From the NCBI GenBank assembly GCA_965649765.1, contig OZ287748.1, forward strand, positions 11,594,001 through 11,658,000: a stretch of DNA of 64,000 bases, in the 5' to 3' direction. Source of the DNA: Bispira polyomma (lineage: Eukaryota). The notes under the pieces are model-generated. The model was given only the letters and a program-made list of their open reading frames with translations, did not search any database and was not told the DNA's origin. Positions 12,738 through 27,510 of the stretch are shown piece after piece (the first letter of the stretch is position 1; every line of letters begins with the position of its first letter). The position numbers and the translations under genes are program-made.

Positions 12738-14576
12738 AATTGCGACCAATTTGGTCGCTTAATTAGGTAGGGCTCTGACTTGGGATAGAGGAAACGTCTG
12801 ATAAAAAAAACGGCCCGAAAATAGTGAACCATCAGTAAAATCAAAGGGGTGTCGAAATAGGTACAGTGTCTAGTATCTTCTATTTTCACTCACACTACGG
12901 CTGCGAAATTGCGTGTTTATGTTTTCGTCCTCATTTTAATTTTTTCTAAATCCCAAAATAAGAGATTTGCTAGCAGAAGTGGTGTCCGTTAACAGAAAGC
13001 GTGCGCTAACAGGACGTTTGATGATATATAAACAATCGTTTACAATATAAGCCAATGTTTTCATTTTGACTCGTTTTGGAGGGGATAGTAAAAAATTTAA
13101 AATGTAGTTTATCCTACATATTACCGAATGAAAAGCTGGTATAACTTGAAATAAGTCAAATAAGGGTCAAATATATACGTTTTATCATTTAGTTGTTGCA
13201 ATTTTTTATTTTTTGGGCCGTTTGTGATACATGTTGTCACACACAGGAAGTCCGCCATTTTTTCTCGATATCGTTTCATTTACTGGGTTTGCGTTTACTC
13301 TGACTGGCCATAGAAATACTCGTTACTACACCCCATTCATAAAAACGGACACGTGATCTGAACATACCGCCATTTCAGTCAATCTTGTCTCGCCTACAAC
13401 TATATGCTGATATGGGCCCATAACAGCTTTCCGTTTCGGCCATTTTATACATATATTGAAACGATATTTTAAAATATGTACATCTCAGCGAGTATGGGAT
13501 GTAATTGAATTTTGTAAAAAGTTTCAGAAAGTGTACAAATTACTCTTTATAGTCATATGAATCTTAAAATTGTAGCTTTACTACTACCTTCACAGATCTC
13601 GGCTCATTTTCATTGACTTAATAAAAAATTTAGCGAATCCACACTTTTACCATCTTTTTGCACACACGGATCACACAATAAATAGAAACTTTACCTTTGC
13701 AAGCACATATAATCCTAACAGCAATGAAGGTTGTACTTACTGCATATTATTGGGTGCACTTTAACTATATATCGATAAGCAATCGTTTTTTCCATCTTTC
13801 TTCCTTCCTTCAAAGGGACACAATGGAAAGACATTACTGCATATTGCAAGTTCGTGTTCAATTTCGGAATTACAAAATTAAGCTCTTCTTTAACCCCAAA
13901 ACTATAAATATCCCTTAATTATTTAATAATTTCCATTTAATATGTTACCTACTTACAATAGCTCAAATATGAAAGCATATATTCTGAAGCAAATGGATGT
14001 TATCGGTTTACTTATTTGGAACTACTGGCATTTTAAAATTGCATAGTCATTCCTGGTTTCTGTTTTAATCAGTCCAGCTATCCCCTAAGATCAAAGACAT
14101 TTTCGGAAAGTTCCGTTGTTCTAGCAAGGTCTTCGAGAGAATAAATTAGAAAGAGTGTATTGATCGTTTCACTGCGCATGCTCGGAAGATCACGTGACCT
14201 TACTACGTACTCCCATTTTCATTCACAAAAATATCCATCAATGAAACAGCTGATTAGATCACCTTATTTATTCTCACAAGACGGAAAATAGATTAGAAGC
14301 CTTGAACAAGTGAATGACGTCACAGTCTGAAAATGGTTTACAAACTTGTCTTTTTGTGTGGTAAATGGCTGAAAAATGGCTGTTTCTCCCTCAATTCTGG
14401 TTGAATTAACACGAATTTACAAACGGTGCCTCTTTGAAACCGACTTAACGTGTATGCCAAATATGAAAGCCGAGGTCCTTTTAAGTTCTGAGATTACATT
14501 GTCCCAAAATAGTTGCTAGGCTGTTGCTAGGGCCAAGTCATTATATGAAATTAGGTAGGATGCCTACCTAATTTAA
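12738..14576 (-). mobile_element. Non-autonomous Helentron-type element (HINE/DINE-1-like architecture)
   Basis: Subterminal IR AATTAGGTAGG at 12761 pairs with CCTACCTAATT at 14563. A 12-bp hairpin lies at 14548-14574 and a stem-loop GCGACCAA-T-TTGGTCGC at 12742-12758. Confidence 0.7.
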
Positions 14577-17500
14577 AAACGCAATGTATTCAAGATTACA
14601 AATTTTAGAATATACTTCTTTGGAAGTAATTTATTCCACTGTTATGTAAGTTCTTAATTGTGTTTTTTTTTTTTTTGGTTATGTCAGCTTTTGTTATATC
14701 GCAAACCTGAAACGATGAGCAAAAATACTAATGAATACAGAATAAAGCATATTGACAATGTTTTTTTGTGCATTCTATTAATTTACTGAGTCATAAGTCA
14801 TCCAATATCCTCATGCTCTTTAAAGGCCTCACGTTACAAAGGTTAGGGCATTAAAAACAGCAGCTGCAAAAGGTGTTTGAAAAAGGTGTTTGTCAAAGTT
14901 TGCATCGAACCAATACAACTTGGGTCAGGCGACAAGATTACACAGAAGCAAAAATCTTTGAATGATTGCAGATTCCAAAGGTGAATAGAACAGTTGGTAG
15001 CCATAAAGCCAGCAAATTGCCGCCCAGAGGTGATATGATTCTACCCCTAGTTTGTCCACTTACAGCCCTTTAGTGGAACAGATTGAAGATCTAGTTACCA
15101 ATAAGGTTCCAATTTACTACTTATTTTCTCTCTTTACTTCCTGCTGATTTTTAAAATACAAATTAAAAACTGGTAATCAAACCTTCACAAATCCAGAGAT
15201 ATGGAAAAAATTGAAATGAGAGAACAAACTGATTTTCGATAATAATGTATGTAGACAATAAAGGGACATCGGACAAGGAAAAGCATTGTTAACATTTTAC
15301 ACCAAATCACATGTCTGATAAAACAGTCAATCACTGCTCCATAAACTTTACCTGTAAACATTTTAAAATGTATGTTCTAAAATCGACACTGTACATCTAC
15401 ACCAAAATTAGTTACATGCATTGAATCAATTCCTCTTTATCGATGATCAAAGGGAAAATGAATGTATAGAAAGACCACCTGATACAGCTACTGATAACAC
15501 TGATTTTCTCAAAACTAATTGCTATCCACACTTAAATCATAACTACGTACTGAAAAGGAAATATGAGAAATATACTAAATCATAGTTTTCACTGTACTAT
15601 TTAAGACAATTTAATGATACATAAGAAAGAATTAGGGATAACTAATGCATTTGACGTTTAAAAAAAATTCTAACCACAGAAGGAGTTTGGTTACCCGACC
15701 TCTGTTCATCTAAAAATTTGGATTAATCAAACCAAACTGATGTCTCTTAATATTATGGACATGTTTATCATCCACTATTGACTTCGTGAAAATAAAGGAT
15801 TTTCGTGAAATATTCTTATTTAAGTTGAAATTACATTAATAATGTACAAACTAACATCAACTGGAATCATTTACTTTAATAAGAATTACTCAATCTGACT
15901 GCAATTTGCATTTTGTGTGCGTCTGTGTGACCTAATATGTATTAATGCTCAATACTTTTTAACAGACCCTTTTTAATGCACATGTATGTAGACAGGAAAT
16001 ACGTGACAATTGAAGGTTTTTGGAACGTAACAAACTTTGGTACTAATGTTGAAATTCAATTTTTGAATAATGAATTGTTGAACATATATTTACCTTAATA
16101 GTAATGCATTAATAAATTATATTACCCTATAATATGTGATAGGTATTTTAGAGTGATTCTTTAGGGCTAAATTTGAAAATTCTTCAATGTTTCCTGAACT
16201 GTCTGTTTGACCAAATGTCATATCTTCAGCCAACATGTGGATAACTTGACTTCTTCTGTACATATATCTTCCACAAATGCTAACTGAAATCTTTTTGTTT
16301 TATTCATGTAGGAAATGTACCTCTCAAAAGACAGATGTTATTTTAACTTGGCTGTAACCTCCCAAACACAAAGAGATTTTAATACATTATTAAGGCCACT
16401 GGTACAATACTTAAATATGACACAATGATGGCATTATATCTCATACTTATATGATGTGTCATGAAGATATTATCTGACATTTAGACCATGCCATATGACA
16501 TTTATTACTGTGCAACATTGAAGCTACTAAAAGTAAGAAGCTGCTGAGGTACAGCATTTAAGTATATTTTACTTTGTATACACATATAATATATGATATG
16601 ACCATATACTGGAGGTAAAACTAACAATTTTGGACCTTGTCAAATACACTCTACTTTCACAGAGTTAACACTAACTCGGACCCTAACCTATACTGAGAGT
16701 GAATTTCCAGGTTTAAGCCTCTCTCTTTTATTTGTGTGTCTTTGAATACTTTCAGAAACCTCTAGATATGGGCTCTCCAGCAGTCTTTATCCTTTACAGA
16801 CAAAGAAACTCAGCAGCACGCTCTGTTCCGAACCCTTTCTTTCCTAGCTATTAAAAACTGTTCAGTCTTTTGTCATAAAATCTGAACCTTTTACATTGAG
16901 TTTTATTCAGAAAATTGGTTGTCCCAGGTGGAAGAACTGTTGAAAAAATTTGCCCAGGACAGTTGTCTGTAATAAGAGTTAGTGTTACACATTGGCCCTT
17001 GACTCGCGATGCCAAAACTTAATGAACAGATTGAGACTGTTCTTGAGATATCACTTCCAATATTTGCTTCAAAACTTGCAACTTACAAAACAAAAAAATT
17101 TGTGAGACAAACACAAAAGGGATTGGGAGGGTGTTGGGTGCCACTTATGACACAGCAACTAGCAAGAGGTGAAAACTGTCGCCACTTCGTGGTAATTCTT
17201 GCTATCACATTGTTCGTTATATAGTTTTTACAACAGAACATTAACACCTGTAGGAAAAGGGGCTTCACTTCAACCAACAGTTGACATGTTTATGCTTTCA
17301 GCAAGGTTACTTGGTTGACCAGATTAGTATGAAATATCCATCAAATTTACTGTTATACACTGGGGTCAAGATTAAAGTGATTATTACAAAAGAAATAACA
17401 TATATTGTATACCTTAATGTAGGGTAGTAATTATAACATTGTTTTTTTCTCAGAATATACAGGTTGCATTCCTGACATTTTATTTTACATATAAATAGAT

Positions 17501-18470
17501 ACAATGGCGTGATTATAAACAACACTGGTAACTGCTATTATAACAGAACTGAAAAAGCTGCTGAAAAAATACCTAACCAGAAGAAAGAAAGGATAATATA
17601 AATCACTATGAGGACAATTTTCATTTTTGTCAAAAGAAACAGGTAGACAGGTAAAAAAAGGTTATAGTTTGGGAAAAATCAACAACTAAAGACAGTTTTA
17701 GGATATATGTGTGTGTATGATTGATAGGAATGTGATCTATGTATAGAATATACACATGGTTATAGCAACCCACTGGCAGAAAAATTGTAGATTTGTTTGG
17801 GGATTTCGTTGCTTCGGTGCGGGTTTTCCCGATCAAACCAACCAGTTTTCTTCTCTTGTTGTGGTTTTGTTCCATCTAGGGGTAGACAATATTAGCACAA
17901 ACATGATTTACACACATTCTCGTCCATGAAAAGGTCACCAAAATAACGGAAGCCTGTATGTGTTAAGTGAATAGGTTGCATATAAACGGTCAATACAAAT
18001 GAAAACAAACATACACTAATTACACCTAGTGTCCTAAATGTACTCCTTTATCACAATGAGATCGTTCGATTTTGAACATTCTATATAATCCAAAAATAAA
18101 ACTTGACAAAAAATAAATGAAAGTAAACAACTTGGAATAATTTGTATTTAGAAGTGCCGCCCATGCACCCTAGCCTAGGGGTGCAATTGCTTGGTGACAG
18201 TTGGTGTTGATAAATTGGTCACGTGACAGTGTTCTGAGTAATATTTCAGATTGATATTCCGTAAACACTAAACAGGTAATTAAACTACATTCACTTTTGC
18301 CAGTAAATGAACATAGTTTTAAGTAAACATACATGATGTAGTTTCAGGTGCGATATACAAGATCCAACTCATATCCTGAACGTTGCGAAACTTTAGCAAT
18401 GGCCAAAAAGGTGCCTTTGTGTTTAAATAAGAACAATGACATAGTACTGGGTTATAGGTATAAAATAATA

Positions 18471-18576
18471 CCGGAGTTTAAAAAATGGACTTAGCCTAGT
18501 CTTAGGCTTAAAGCTAGCACAAACGTACACTGATCTAAGCCTAAGACTTGGCTAAGTCCCTTCATGAATACAGGTC
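18471..18576. mobile_element. PIF/Harbinger-like foldback MITE
   Basis: ggacttagcc...tcttaggctta / taagcctaaga...ggctaagtcc. Confidence 0.75.
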
Positions 18577-18970
18577 TAGAAAGGTATGAAAATGATTGTT
18601 ACCGTCTAGTTAAGTTTAATGATGAATCTCCTATAAAGCTTGTTTGATGATATGATTCATGCATATTTCAACCGTCTTACTTTCAAAGTTTAGGGATATT
18701 TGAAGAGCTATTTAATGGGCTTGGAGTCACATGTTCAGAATTGTCTATGAGTGGGGCTTGAGGGGGAGGGCACAACATACAGACATTTCATCTGGAAGCA
18801 TCTGGCAATACATAAGCTGGGTCTGTAAATGTTATTCCTAACCTGTCCATCTGCCACTGTTATAGATAGGGGAGTAAGCCTTATTACTGGCAAACAGTAA
18901 GGGACCCACTTGTAATGTTTACATTTAGTGTCTGTGATCTCCAAAAAACTCCTGCACATTGTGTACCAAC

Positions 18971-19193
18971 TAGGGCTGCAAAAGAGTACTCGAGTATTTA
19001 GTAAAAAATGGTGTAATGAACCTAAAATGAAATCGGAGTACAAAAATTAGGACAAAAAAAAGAGTATATCATAAATAAAACCATGCAAGTTCTGGCTATT
19101 TTTTACGCTAAAAAGAGTACTGGTACTCAATAAAGAGTAGAGTATTGCTAGAAGAGTACTCGGGTATAAAACTTACTACTCGCTGCATCCCTA
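18971..19193. mobile_element. hAT-like MITE
   Basis: TAGGGCTGCA / TGCATCCCTA termini, TSD gtaccaac / gtagcaac. Confidence 0.8.
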
Positions 19194-19939
19194 GTAGCAA
19201 CCCTTCCTGAACTGGCAACCTACAGCTAATTCAGGCAAATATTCAAGGTCAATGTGTAAGAGGGCTACAATTAATGGACAATTCTTTGCATCAGAGTTCT
19301 TTTCTTTTAAAAATTACATCCTTTCATTCTTTTCATCCCTTCAAAAAATTATAGTTGTGGTTTGGTTTGATTAATAATTTTTAATTGTGATACTTGTGTA
19401 CACTAAAACACATGAGTTTTATAGAGGTTTCTTAACAGTTTGACAAAGTTTTCCTTTATTTCCAAATATCACATTCTTTTCCCCCCATTAACGACACCCT
19501 CCCCCCTTCCAATTTTCCTATGTCCTGTCTGTTATAAAGATTAAATTTACAAGAACTCATTACAAAAATAAATGACTGGTAGATCGAGATCTCTGAAAAG
19601 GAGATGACACAATTCCAGTCAAGTAATCTGCGCCCCTAGTGGTAATCTAAATGTGTGAACCAATTAGAGTTGTGCTACTCCCGAGCAGAATACCTTTCAG
19701 AATACTATATCAGCCTCTCAGCTTGCCCTGTGGTGTCAGCTTATAAGACATACTATGTCACACTACACAGGTCGTGATTTCACGATGATGTACTGCCAAT
19801 AACCTGATAAAGTCCAATTTCAAGGATCACTATTGCCATTTAGGACGGTTATAAAACAGTGAGGTCAGGGAGTTCATTATTTTAGACACAGTGTATATAT
19901 GTTTTTAGTTAAGAACTATATAACCCCATCACAAACCAG

Positions 19940-20158
19940 GGCCTGTATTCACAAAGGGACTTAGCCAAGTCTTAGGCTTAACTTCAGCACAAACGTATAT
20001 CCCGTCGATGCCTATGTGGGAAAGGTGGTAGTTCTATACTGGGGGCCGCTGGTTTCAGTGCAGAACCTTGATCAACTGTATGCAGTGTTTCCTCCAGCGT
20101 TTCCAACTACCTGTCCCAATATAACCTAAACAGGTACTAGAGTGGACGTTAAATATCC

Positions 20159-20192
<34 letters not shown>

Positions 20193-20212
20193 CACCTTCG
20201 TGAATATGGGCC
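19940..20212. mobile_element. PIF/Harbinger-like MITE interrupted by a SINE
   Basis: TIRs ggcctgtattcacaaagg / ccttcgtgaatatgggcc, CAG TSD. Confidence 0.8.
19999..20191 (+). mobile_element. 5'-truncated SINE of the same family, nested in a MITE
   Basis: About 90% identical by eye to the 3' part of 37693-37975; 27-nt poly(A). Confidence 0.9.
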
Positions 20213-21120
20213 CAGGGATATTATAGGGGGACTTTTACCATAATAGGAGATGTAGGAATACCAAAGCCAAGCCAGAGTGTTTCTACCTTTCAAACATGCC
20301 TGAATATCAGCAGCTTGGAATGGGTGATATTTTATTCTGACATGCCAAAGTAAAATTTTATTTTTATACAGGTAAATTACAGTGGCACCCTGTAAAGCTG
20401 AATCTGAAAAGACCAAAAAAATACTGAACAGGTAATTCTACTTTATCAGAGTTCTACCTAAAGGGTTTTGACTGTATATTGCTCTATACTGGGGAAATAC
20501 TTAACTGGATGTAAGAAACTATTATGAAAGAAAACGGTCTCAGCTATTTTTATGTTGCAGTCCTAGATTTGACCATACTTTTGAACCAATCAGAATCGGC
20601 GATACAAGCTCGACAAGTCAGAATGAAATAATTTCTCCCAAACAATAATGTGCAATGTGTTGAATAGTTTTTCAGCATAACTGTGATCATCCTACCCATA
20701 TGTGTCTTGGATTAGACTTACTTTACCTTTGACAAAATGTCACATATATTACAGAAACACAGCAAACAAAACAGCAAACAGACCATTAAAATACAAGAAG
20801 TACAACATTATTCGTCAAAACCTGAATCTCATGCGAATATTAATATCATAATATCAAAGAACAAAGCACAGCAAAACAATTGACATTTTTACTCTGATTA
20901 TTTCTTTTTTTCTTTTTAAAAATGTACATAGCCACACAACAAAATCTACACACCCAAACTGTGAACATGAAGTGCTTTATTTACACATAAAACATGACTT
21001 GTACTGTTACGAGTACCTGTACAGATACTTATTTATGTCAAATACAGACATATATTCTCTATACGACCCAAGCTTTAATGTTAGTTTCATACAGGATGTG
21101 TTTTACCATCTGAAACATAC

Positions 21121-21316
21121 CTGCTCGCTCTGCGTTTGAGATGCCTCCCAAGAAGATCTTGATGAACCATTCAAGGGAGTACTGGTACATGGGGTCAATG
21201 TTTGCCAGATCTGCCACACAGAAGAACAGGATTTGTGTGTTGACAGCCACTGGGATATACTGGCTTCTGGTCACGTCGATGTCCTTCTCTGTCTGCTCAG
21301 CTATCACCACCTTAGC
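21121..21316 (-). CDS. DNAH1: Dynein HC exon: AKVVIAEQTEKDID...IDPMYQYSLEWF...NAERA
   Basis: TCCCAG acceptor, G|GTATGT donor, 196 nt. Confidence 0.96.
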
Positions 21317-21356
21317 CTGGGAAATACAGGGAGAAGAGTCGCTTAGTTATAATTAG

Positions 21357-21593
21357 TTGAGGTTTAATGTTGATTTTCAAACACATCTTTCGACATATCA
21401 TGAATGGACAGTTCACTGGTAGAAAAAATCAGAGAAGGCTATATGTAGTTGGTGAGAGTTTTCTGCTCTGTAAACTGCCGGCCTTCAGCGAGTCTACTGC
21501 CAACTATCCCAAATACACAACAAGAATGACACTTAAACCCCACGACGACAGTCGGAAGGCGAGTGTGTCACCACTATACCACTGAGGACTCCC
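21357..21593 (-). mobile_element. Degenerate SINE
   Basis: Core ggcagtagactcgctgaaggc (minus strand) shared with the copy near 7745-7960. Confidence 0.6.
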
Positions 21594-23357
21594 AGTGTGA
21601 TCAGATGCTAACATTAGTCTAGACATGGCTTACTTGGTAAAACACAGATGTTACAATCATAAAAGTCACGGCCACATAATACAAATAGCTGCAGTGTCTA
21701 CTAAAAGTATCAATTACCTTATATAAGCTATATCACAAGCTGGTAAAATGAAAAGTTGGGTGGTGTTTTTTTTTTCTTTTCTGTGGTTATACATGTAATT
21801 AGTTTAATGTGGTTAATCTCAATAAAAAATAATAGAATATTACATAAAAAAACCATATCGATTTTTTGTTCACTACAAAAGGCTTTTAAGGTCTCCATAA
21901 TATTCTATCAGACATTAAGTCTCCATAAGCCAAGACCCCACGGCACATGCTACGGGCATAAAATTGTATTTTTTATATAGAAAACGAACGAAAAAGTATG
22001 TACTTAAGTCAATCAAAGTTGTGTCATGGGAGTTTTACTTTACAGTTTGCCCATTTTGTGGTGGTGGTGGGGGGGGGGGGGGGGGGTGAAAGGCTGAAAA
22101 GATCATTAATCAATAGACAGATGAACCCATAAAACAACAAAACTTATTTCCTACATCATCAATTGGAGAACACTATAAAGCTGGATCTCAGCATTAAAAG
22201 ACTGAAGGCTGCCATTTGCAAGATGTAAGCAGTAATTGATGTCCTGATATCAAAGGGAAAAGAACCTGCCGAGTCTCAGTGACTATAGCTGTGGTCCTCT
22301 TACATGATCTTCAAAGCGCTTGGAAATACTTTTGACACAAAAATTCTCACCAGGTGACCACCATGAACAAAGAATGTCTATGTGTGAAGTTATCCCAGAC
22401 TAAGTATTAAATAATTTGTGATGTAATATGATAAAATGGGAAAAATAGTGATATTTCTAAGTTAGGGTGCCATTTCTAAAAAAAAAAACGGCGACATTTA
22501 TATGATAAGTGAGAGACCATTATTCTTGCAACCCTTTTTGGGGGCTGAATCTACTGCCAACTTCATTGTTATGTAACAAAAGAGACTTTTCCACAATAAA
22601 AATACTGCACACGGTCTTGGACAAGTACTAGACTGGTACTGGAGATGTTTTTACCAAACCTTCTGTAATGTTACACTAAGTCTTAAGAAAACAGTTGATG
22701 GGGATTATGGCGCTTAAAATACTGTATGGCCATGCAAAGTCGGGGGCTTAGTGGCATGCTTTGCAAGAGACTCGCTTTAAATAAGACAAAGGACGTTGAT
22801 TAAAATTGCAAAAGGAGCATTAGTTAAGACAATCAAGAGGACTTAACCCTACTAGCCCGGGACAATCTTTATAGATGAAATCTACACATAAATAATGGCA
22901 CTATCACCAGAGTGCTGTTATACTCTTAATGACAAACTGCACTATTTAATTAATGTTTCATGGGTGAGAAACATTTTTTAAAAAAAGATGTATTTTTCAC
23001 ATATCGCTGACTAGCTACAGCTGAAAGAATAAATTAGTATTCTCAACATGATATAAATAGCACTTAGAAGTTAGTGAGTGAGTATTATAGGAGTTGGCTA
23101 AAGTTGAATTTAAAAACAAATGTTGAGGCCGTTTGAATCTATGGTTATAGCCTCAGTGATATATTATTCTCCATGAAAAAAAAACTCTTCAAAGCTTAAA
23201 ACAGTCTCTGAATTTTGTAGACCACATATCTATGTAACACAGTCAGAGCTCATTAAAGTGCCACAGAAGGGCCCCATGTGAAGCAGTGATAATACGTAAT
23301 CTCGGTAAGCATCTTATCAGCTTACAGTCTTATAGCTAACCAAGTAATAATTATTAT

Positions 23358-23545
23358 GGTCTCCATTGGCCTAGTGGTTGTCAGAGTTCTTCTGGTCATC
23401 AGAAGGTCCCCAGTTTAACTCCTGGCTAGGGAGTTGGTCTGGTGAACAGATGGTTCCCGTTTCGACTCTTTGTAACACTATAATTGTCATTGGGGGACAA
23501 CATCCTTAAGCAAGATGTGAACATGCCATTGTTTACCTGTGTGAC
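23358..23545 (+). mobile_element. Second SINE family copy
   Basis: TGGCCTAGTGG, agaaggtcc and aacatccttaagcaag match 54262-54442. Confidence 0.5.
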
Positions 23546-25660
23546 AACCAAATGACAATGTATTAGGATATCGTGATTAATGGTTTATCGATTCTGACAT
23601 TGCAGTTTAGAAGAAGTCTGGCATCAAATAAGGCACGTTAAATATCTACAATCCACAAAAATCCAAAGCCTTGCTAAGACATAAAATGTCACACTGGTTT
23701 CACTATAAAATAAATGCAGATGGTCTAGCATTAAGCTGACAAAAACACAACAGTAAAATGAAAATATTTGTGTGAGCAGTATGCATATGTGTTACTTTTA
23801 TCCCATAATACTTTCTGTTTCCTCTGTTATTCCAGCCAAGAGGGCTGGATCTACAGCTTTCTCTATTGCTGCCCCTAGGTTATGTAATAGTGTCCTTAGT
23901 CTAGCTTTTTATAACTTTTATTGAATTTCTTTAGTTGAGTTCATGTGTCTATTCAAACTTATTCTTAACACTTTTGGTACAAAGGGGGCAGTTTAACCTA
24001 GTGTTCCCCTTTATTGATGGTAATTCTCATATAATGTAGCGTTCACACCTTTGCGTTCTATATAGCCCTTTGCTCCTGATGTCAAGAACTTGTGTGATCT
24101 GGAGTAAACATCTAACATCTGGGTATAAACTGGTGAGATCGGAAAGAATGGGAGGTAGAGCGGGAAATTTTGAACATGTTAAAAAATTTCGTGGGTTGCA
24201 TCTAGAGAGAACAAGAGAGAAGGGTTGTGGTCGGGGCTTAAATGGGGCATAAACTGCTCAGAACTTGTGTAATCTTGAGAGAACTGATGCAATCTGGTAT
24301 TACCTGGAGCAAACGTTGCATAAACCTGTGATGGTCTGCTAAGATCTGGTATGGTCTGGACATAAACTGGCCATAAACTTGTGAGGTCTGATAAAAACTT
24401 GGCATATCCTGGGCATAAACTGGACTTAAACAGGGCATATCCTGGGCATGATCTGGTGAATGATATGCAAATGAGGATTTTTACTCATTCTTTCCAGACT
24501 ACCCCAAGTTCTAATTGGGGGCAAAACTGGTGTAAACGTTTCAGAGAATTTGACGGTGTGATCATAACAGTTTTTAGATACATGTAGTATAGTCACTACA
24601 AAACATACAAGTACAAGCTTTTGATAAGAGCCGGACATATATATATATATTTTTGTTTAATTTCACAATTTTTCAGAATTAATCCATAACAAATGAGCAA
24701 TGCAGTATTGATAGAATTAAGTAAAACAATAAATATGAGAGTATATCAATTGCTTGTTAAGGGGCCTTGTTAGTGTAAATAAGATTTGGTGTCAATGAAC
24801 ATCGTAAACAACTCAGTGTGTATCTATTACTTGATTTTTGTATTTATTTCCTTTTTCACATCGTAAACAAATTCGGTGTATTTATGAAATGATCTTTGTA
24901 TTTATTTCTGTTTTTTTTTTAATTGAAAATTAATCGCATCTATTCATTCAGTTATTTTATCACCTCAGTCACCTGTGTGTAAATTCATCTCCCACTAATT
25001 TTACCTGTATTTATTCCCAAGCTAAAAGTAGTTTACTATAATTCGTGGTGTGGCCAAAAAGATAAGAAGAGGGCTTCAAACAAAGGATGACTCCTGTGAT
25101 CAGTCGTCTAATCAGTGTTTAATCTCAAAATGCACAAATAACAAAAGGGAAGATTCTGTAATTAGAACAAAGACACAAAAAGGTGTGATGTAGCAGTTAT
25201 TAAGCCAATGAAATTGGTGGTGCAAAAGCTGTCATAGCAACCCATTATAATTTCCATCATACCAGATTCTACAAAAGAGCAACAGGGCAGCAGCTTATGT
25301 ATGTGAGTGTGTGTGGGGGGGGGGGGGAGGGGATACAAGAAATAATTTCTTAGGGTAAAAGAGTTCTTTAACAAATCCCGTTAAAAGATTGATGTATTAG
25401 TTAAGTATGACAGATTTTATATCACAGTAATCCTGGTTGATTTTAGGAAGAAACAGGGTAATAAAAAACAAATTACATGGGGGGAGAAAATTAGATGCTG
25501 ATATTCTCCGAATAGTAATATAGCCTAGTGTAAATAATAAATAGATACACAGGTAAAAATTAGTCATTGGGGAATACTACATTTGTTTTTATTAATATTA
25601 TTATTATTTAATTTTTAACGCGCTTAATTGATGCCAGGCATCTTCTAAAGCGCAACAGAT

Positions 25661-25769
25661 GGGGCCGTATTCACGAAAGGACTAAGCCAGGTCTTAGGCT
25701 TAAATCAGTATACTTTTGTGCTAGATTTAAGCCCAAGACCTGCCTTAATCCTTTCGTGAATACGGGGCC
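25661..25769. mobile_element. PIF/Harbinger-like foldback MITE inserted in an L2-like 3' tail
   Basis: ccgtattcacgaaagga / tcctttcgtgaatacgg; same interior as the 18471, 19940 and 35883 copies. Confidence 0.8.
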
Positions 25770-27304
25770 AGAATCATTGGTCCAATCATTAAGTTCATGG
25801 ACATTGCTAAGACGTAAGGAAGGAAGTGGGAGATTTTTTGTTTGTTTTTAGCTTCTTGTTACAAACACAATAAGGACTTGACATTTTACAAGTTCTTTTC
25901 TCAGAAGTATCCAGAATTACCACAGCTGAAGTAAATAGGCCCTGAAATACAAAAAGCCTTAAGACCAAAACACCATTACAGTTAAGTTAACAAGATGAAT
26001 TAGTTTAAGACACAAGAAACTTCTATATATGGAGGGAACACACTTCAGGTTCTCAAGACTTAATAGATTTCTTGTTTGATCTCAGTTCGTTGGGATGGGA
26101 GGGGGAGGAGGGGGGAGAAGTTTGTGTCACAGTGAACCAGGGTGCAGACATATATCGGGGATCACAAAAACAGCAATACTTCAGGCAACATAGACTAAAA
26201 GTAAAGTGACTTACTTTACTCCCATTAGCCATATATTCTCTCCAAAATTCTCACTACTCGCACTCAATTAGCTCAAATTAAAAAGTTCTTCCCAACCTCC
26301 GGGAGTGAAATTTGGTCAAAATGTGAATTGCATATTTGAATTTTGCACAGACAGCTCTAATAAAACGACTGATCACTTCAAGTACAGGGTATTTCCATAC
26401 GCCAGAGTTACATACAGCCTTGAGTTGAATCTCAGTTGGAGCTTCAGTTTCATGGGGAAAAACACAGGGGCCCACACATGTCTCTTACAATTGGAAGGGG
26501 CCGAGAGACAACAAAAAGACAACACTAAAAGTTTAATGTGAGCTGGCCCCTATGTAAGTGATCTCAGTTAACACATCGCCTATGTTAGAGAAGCTGGCAG
26601 GAACATAGTACTCAACATTTTTTTTTTATCCTCTGAATAGCGCAAGATGCCTCATGGTGTTTAGACGTCTGGGAGAGAAGACAAAAGACTATAGGCCTGT
26701 GTTTGGTATAAGAGACATATATATCCCCTAACAAGTGTCATCTATGTCTTCTTTAAACTGATCTGTCTAAAGTTAAGCGTTTACCATTTATCTGCAAAAC
26801 CATGTCTTTATTTAAATAGAGGTCTGTGATGAACTAACCACATGAAAGTTACATATATTTGTCTGTCTTTTAGTGAAACTTGCAATCCAGTCTTAGTCTT
26901 CAGGTGAGAGCATCAAACAAAATCCTTGCCGTGTATTATGGATAAAAAATATTTTTTTTATGAGGGCACAGCATAAACTACTAACTTTGTTGCTCAAACA
27001 TATTGGGATTTACCTAAAAAATGTTGCATATCCAAAAAATATTTCTTGCATCTATCTCTTTTATAGGCCTCTAATCTCAATTGAGGATCTGCTTTTCTGA
27101 TAATATTCAATATTTTATCAGACAACATACGTATTAAATGATTATGACATCCAGTATTTAAGTTCATAGAATTGCTACCCATAACCACCATATATTGCTG
27201 ACTAGGTAGTAGTCAACAGTATATCATAAACCCCACGTGTGCACAAAGTTGGTTTGATGTTCATAACACAAGTGGGTGTATTTGCTCCTTTTAAGTTGTA
27301 TCCC

Positions 27305-27510
27305 GCTCAGTCAGCACATACAATTAACAATGACTGGCCTCTTGCCACTGTGGGTTCGAATCCTGCTTCTACCTGGGTGTGAGGAAAGTTTATCAGGTAG
27401 TTGCCTTAGATCAGTGATTAACAGTAGCTACAGAACCGGTTTCCTCCAAAGTTAAAATAGGCCGTTGTAATACGACTTAAAATGTTGAAGGCAGGTGAAG
27501 CTGTTGAAAC
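27305..27510 (+). mobile_element. Degenerate SINE
   Basis: B box GGGTTCGAATCC and a core similar to 10800-11032. Confidence 0.7.

Noticed and set aside
17630-17875. Nested gene starting MEQNHNKRRKL
   Set aside because: Short, no recognisable domain and no supporting exon chain.
19630-19642. CTCF site
   Set aside because: One base short of the core consensus, inside probable repeat sequence, and unsupported by other evidence.
22500-22680. Tc1 transposase remnant
   Set aside because: Resemblance too weak to support without a search.
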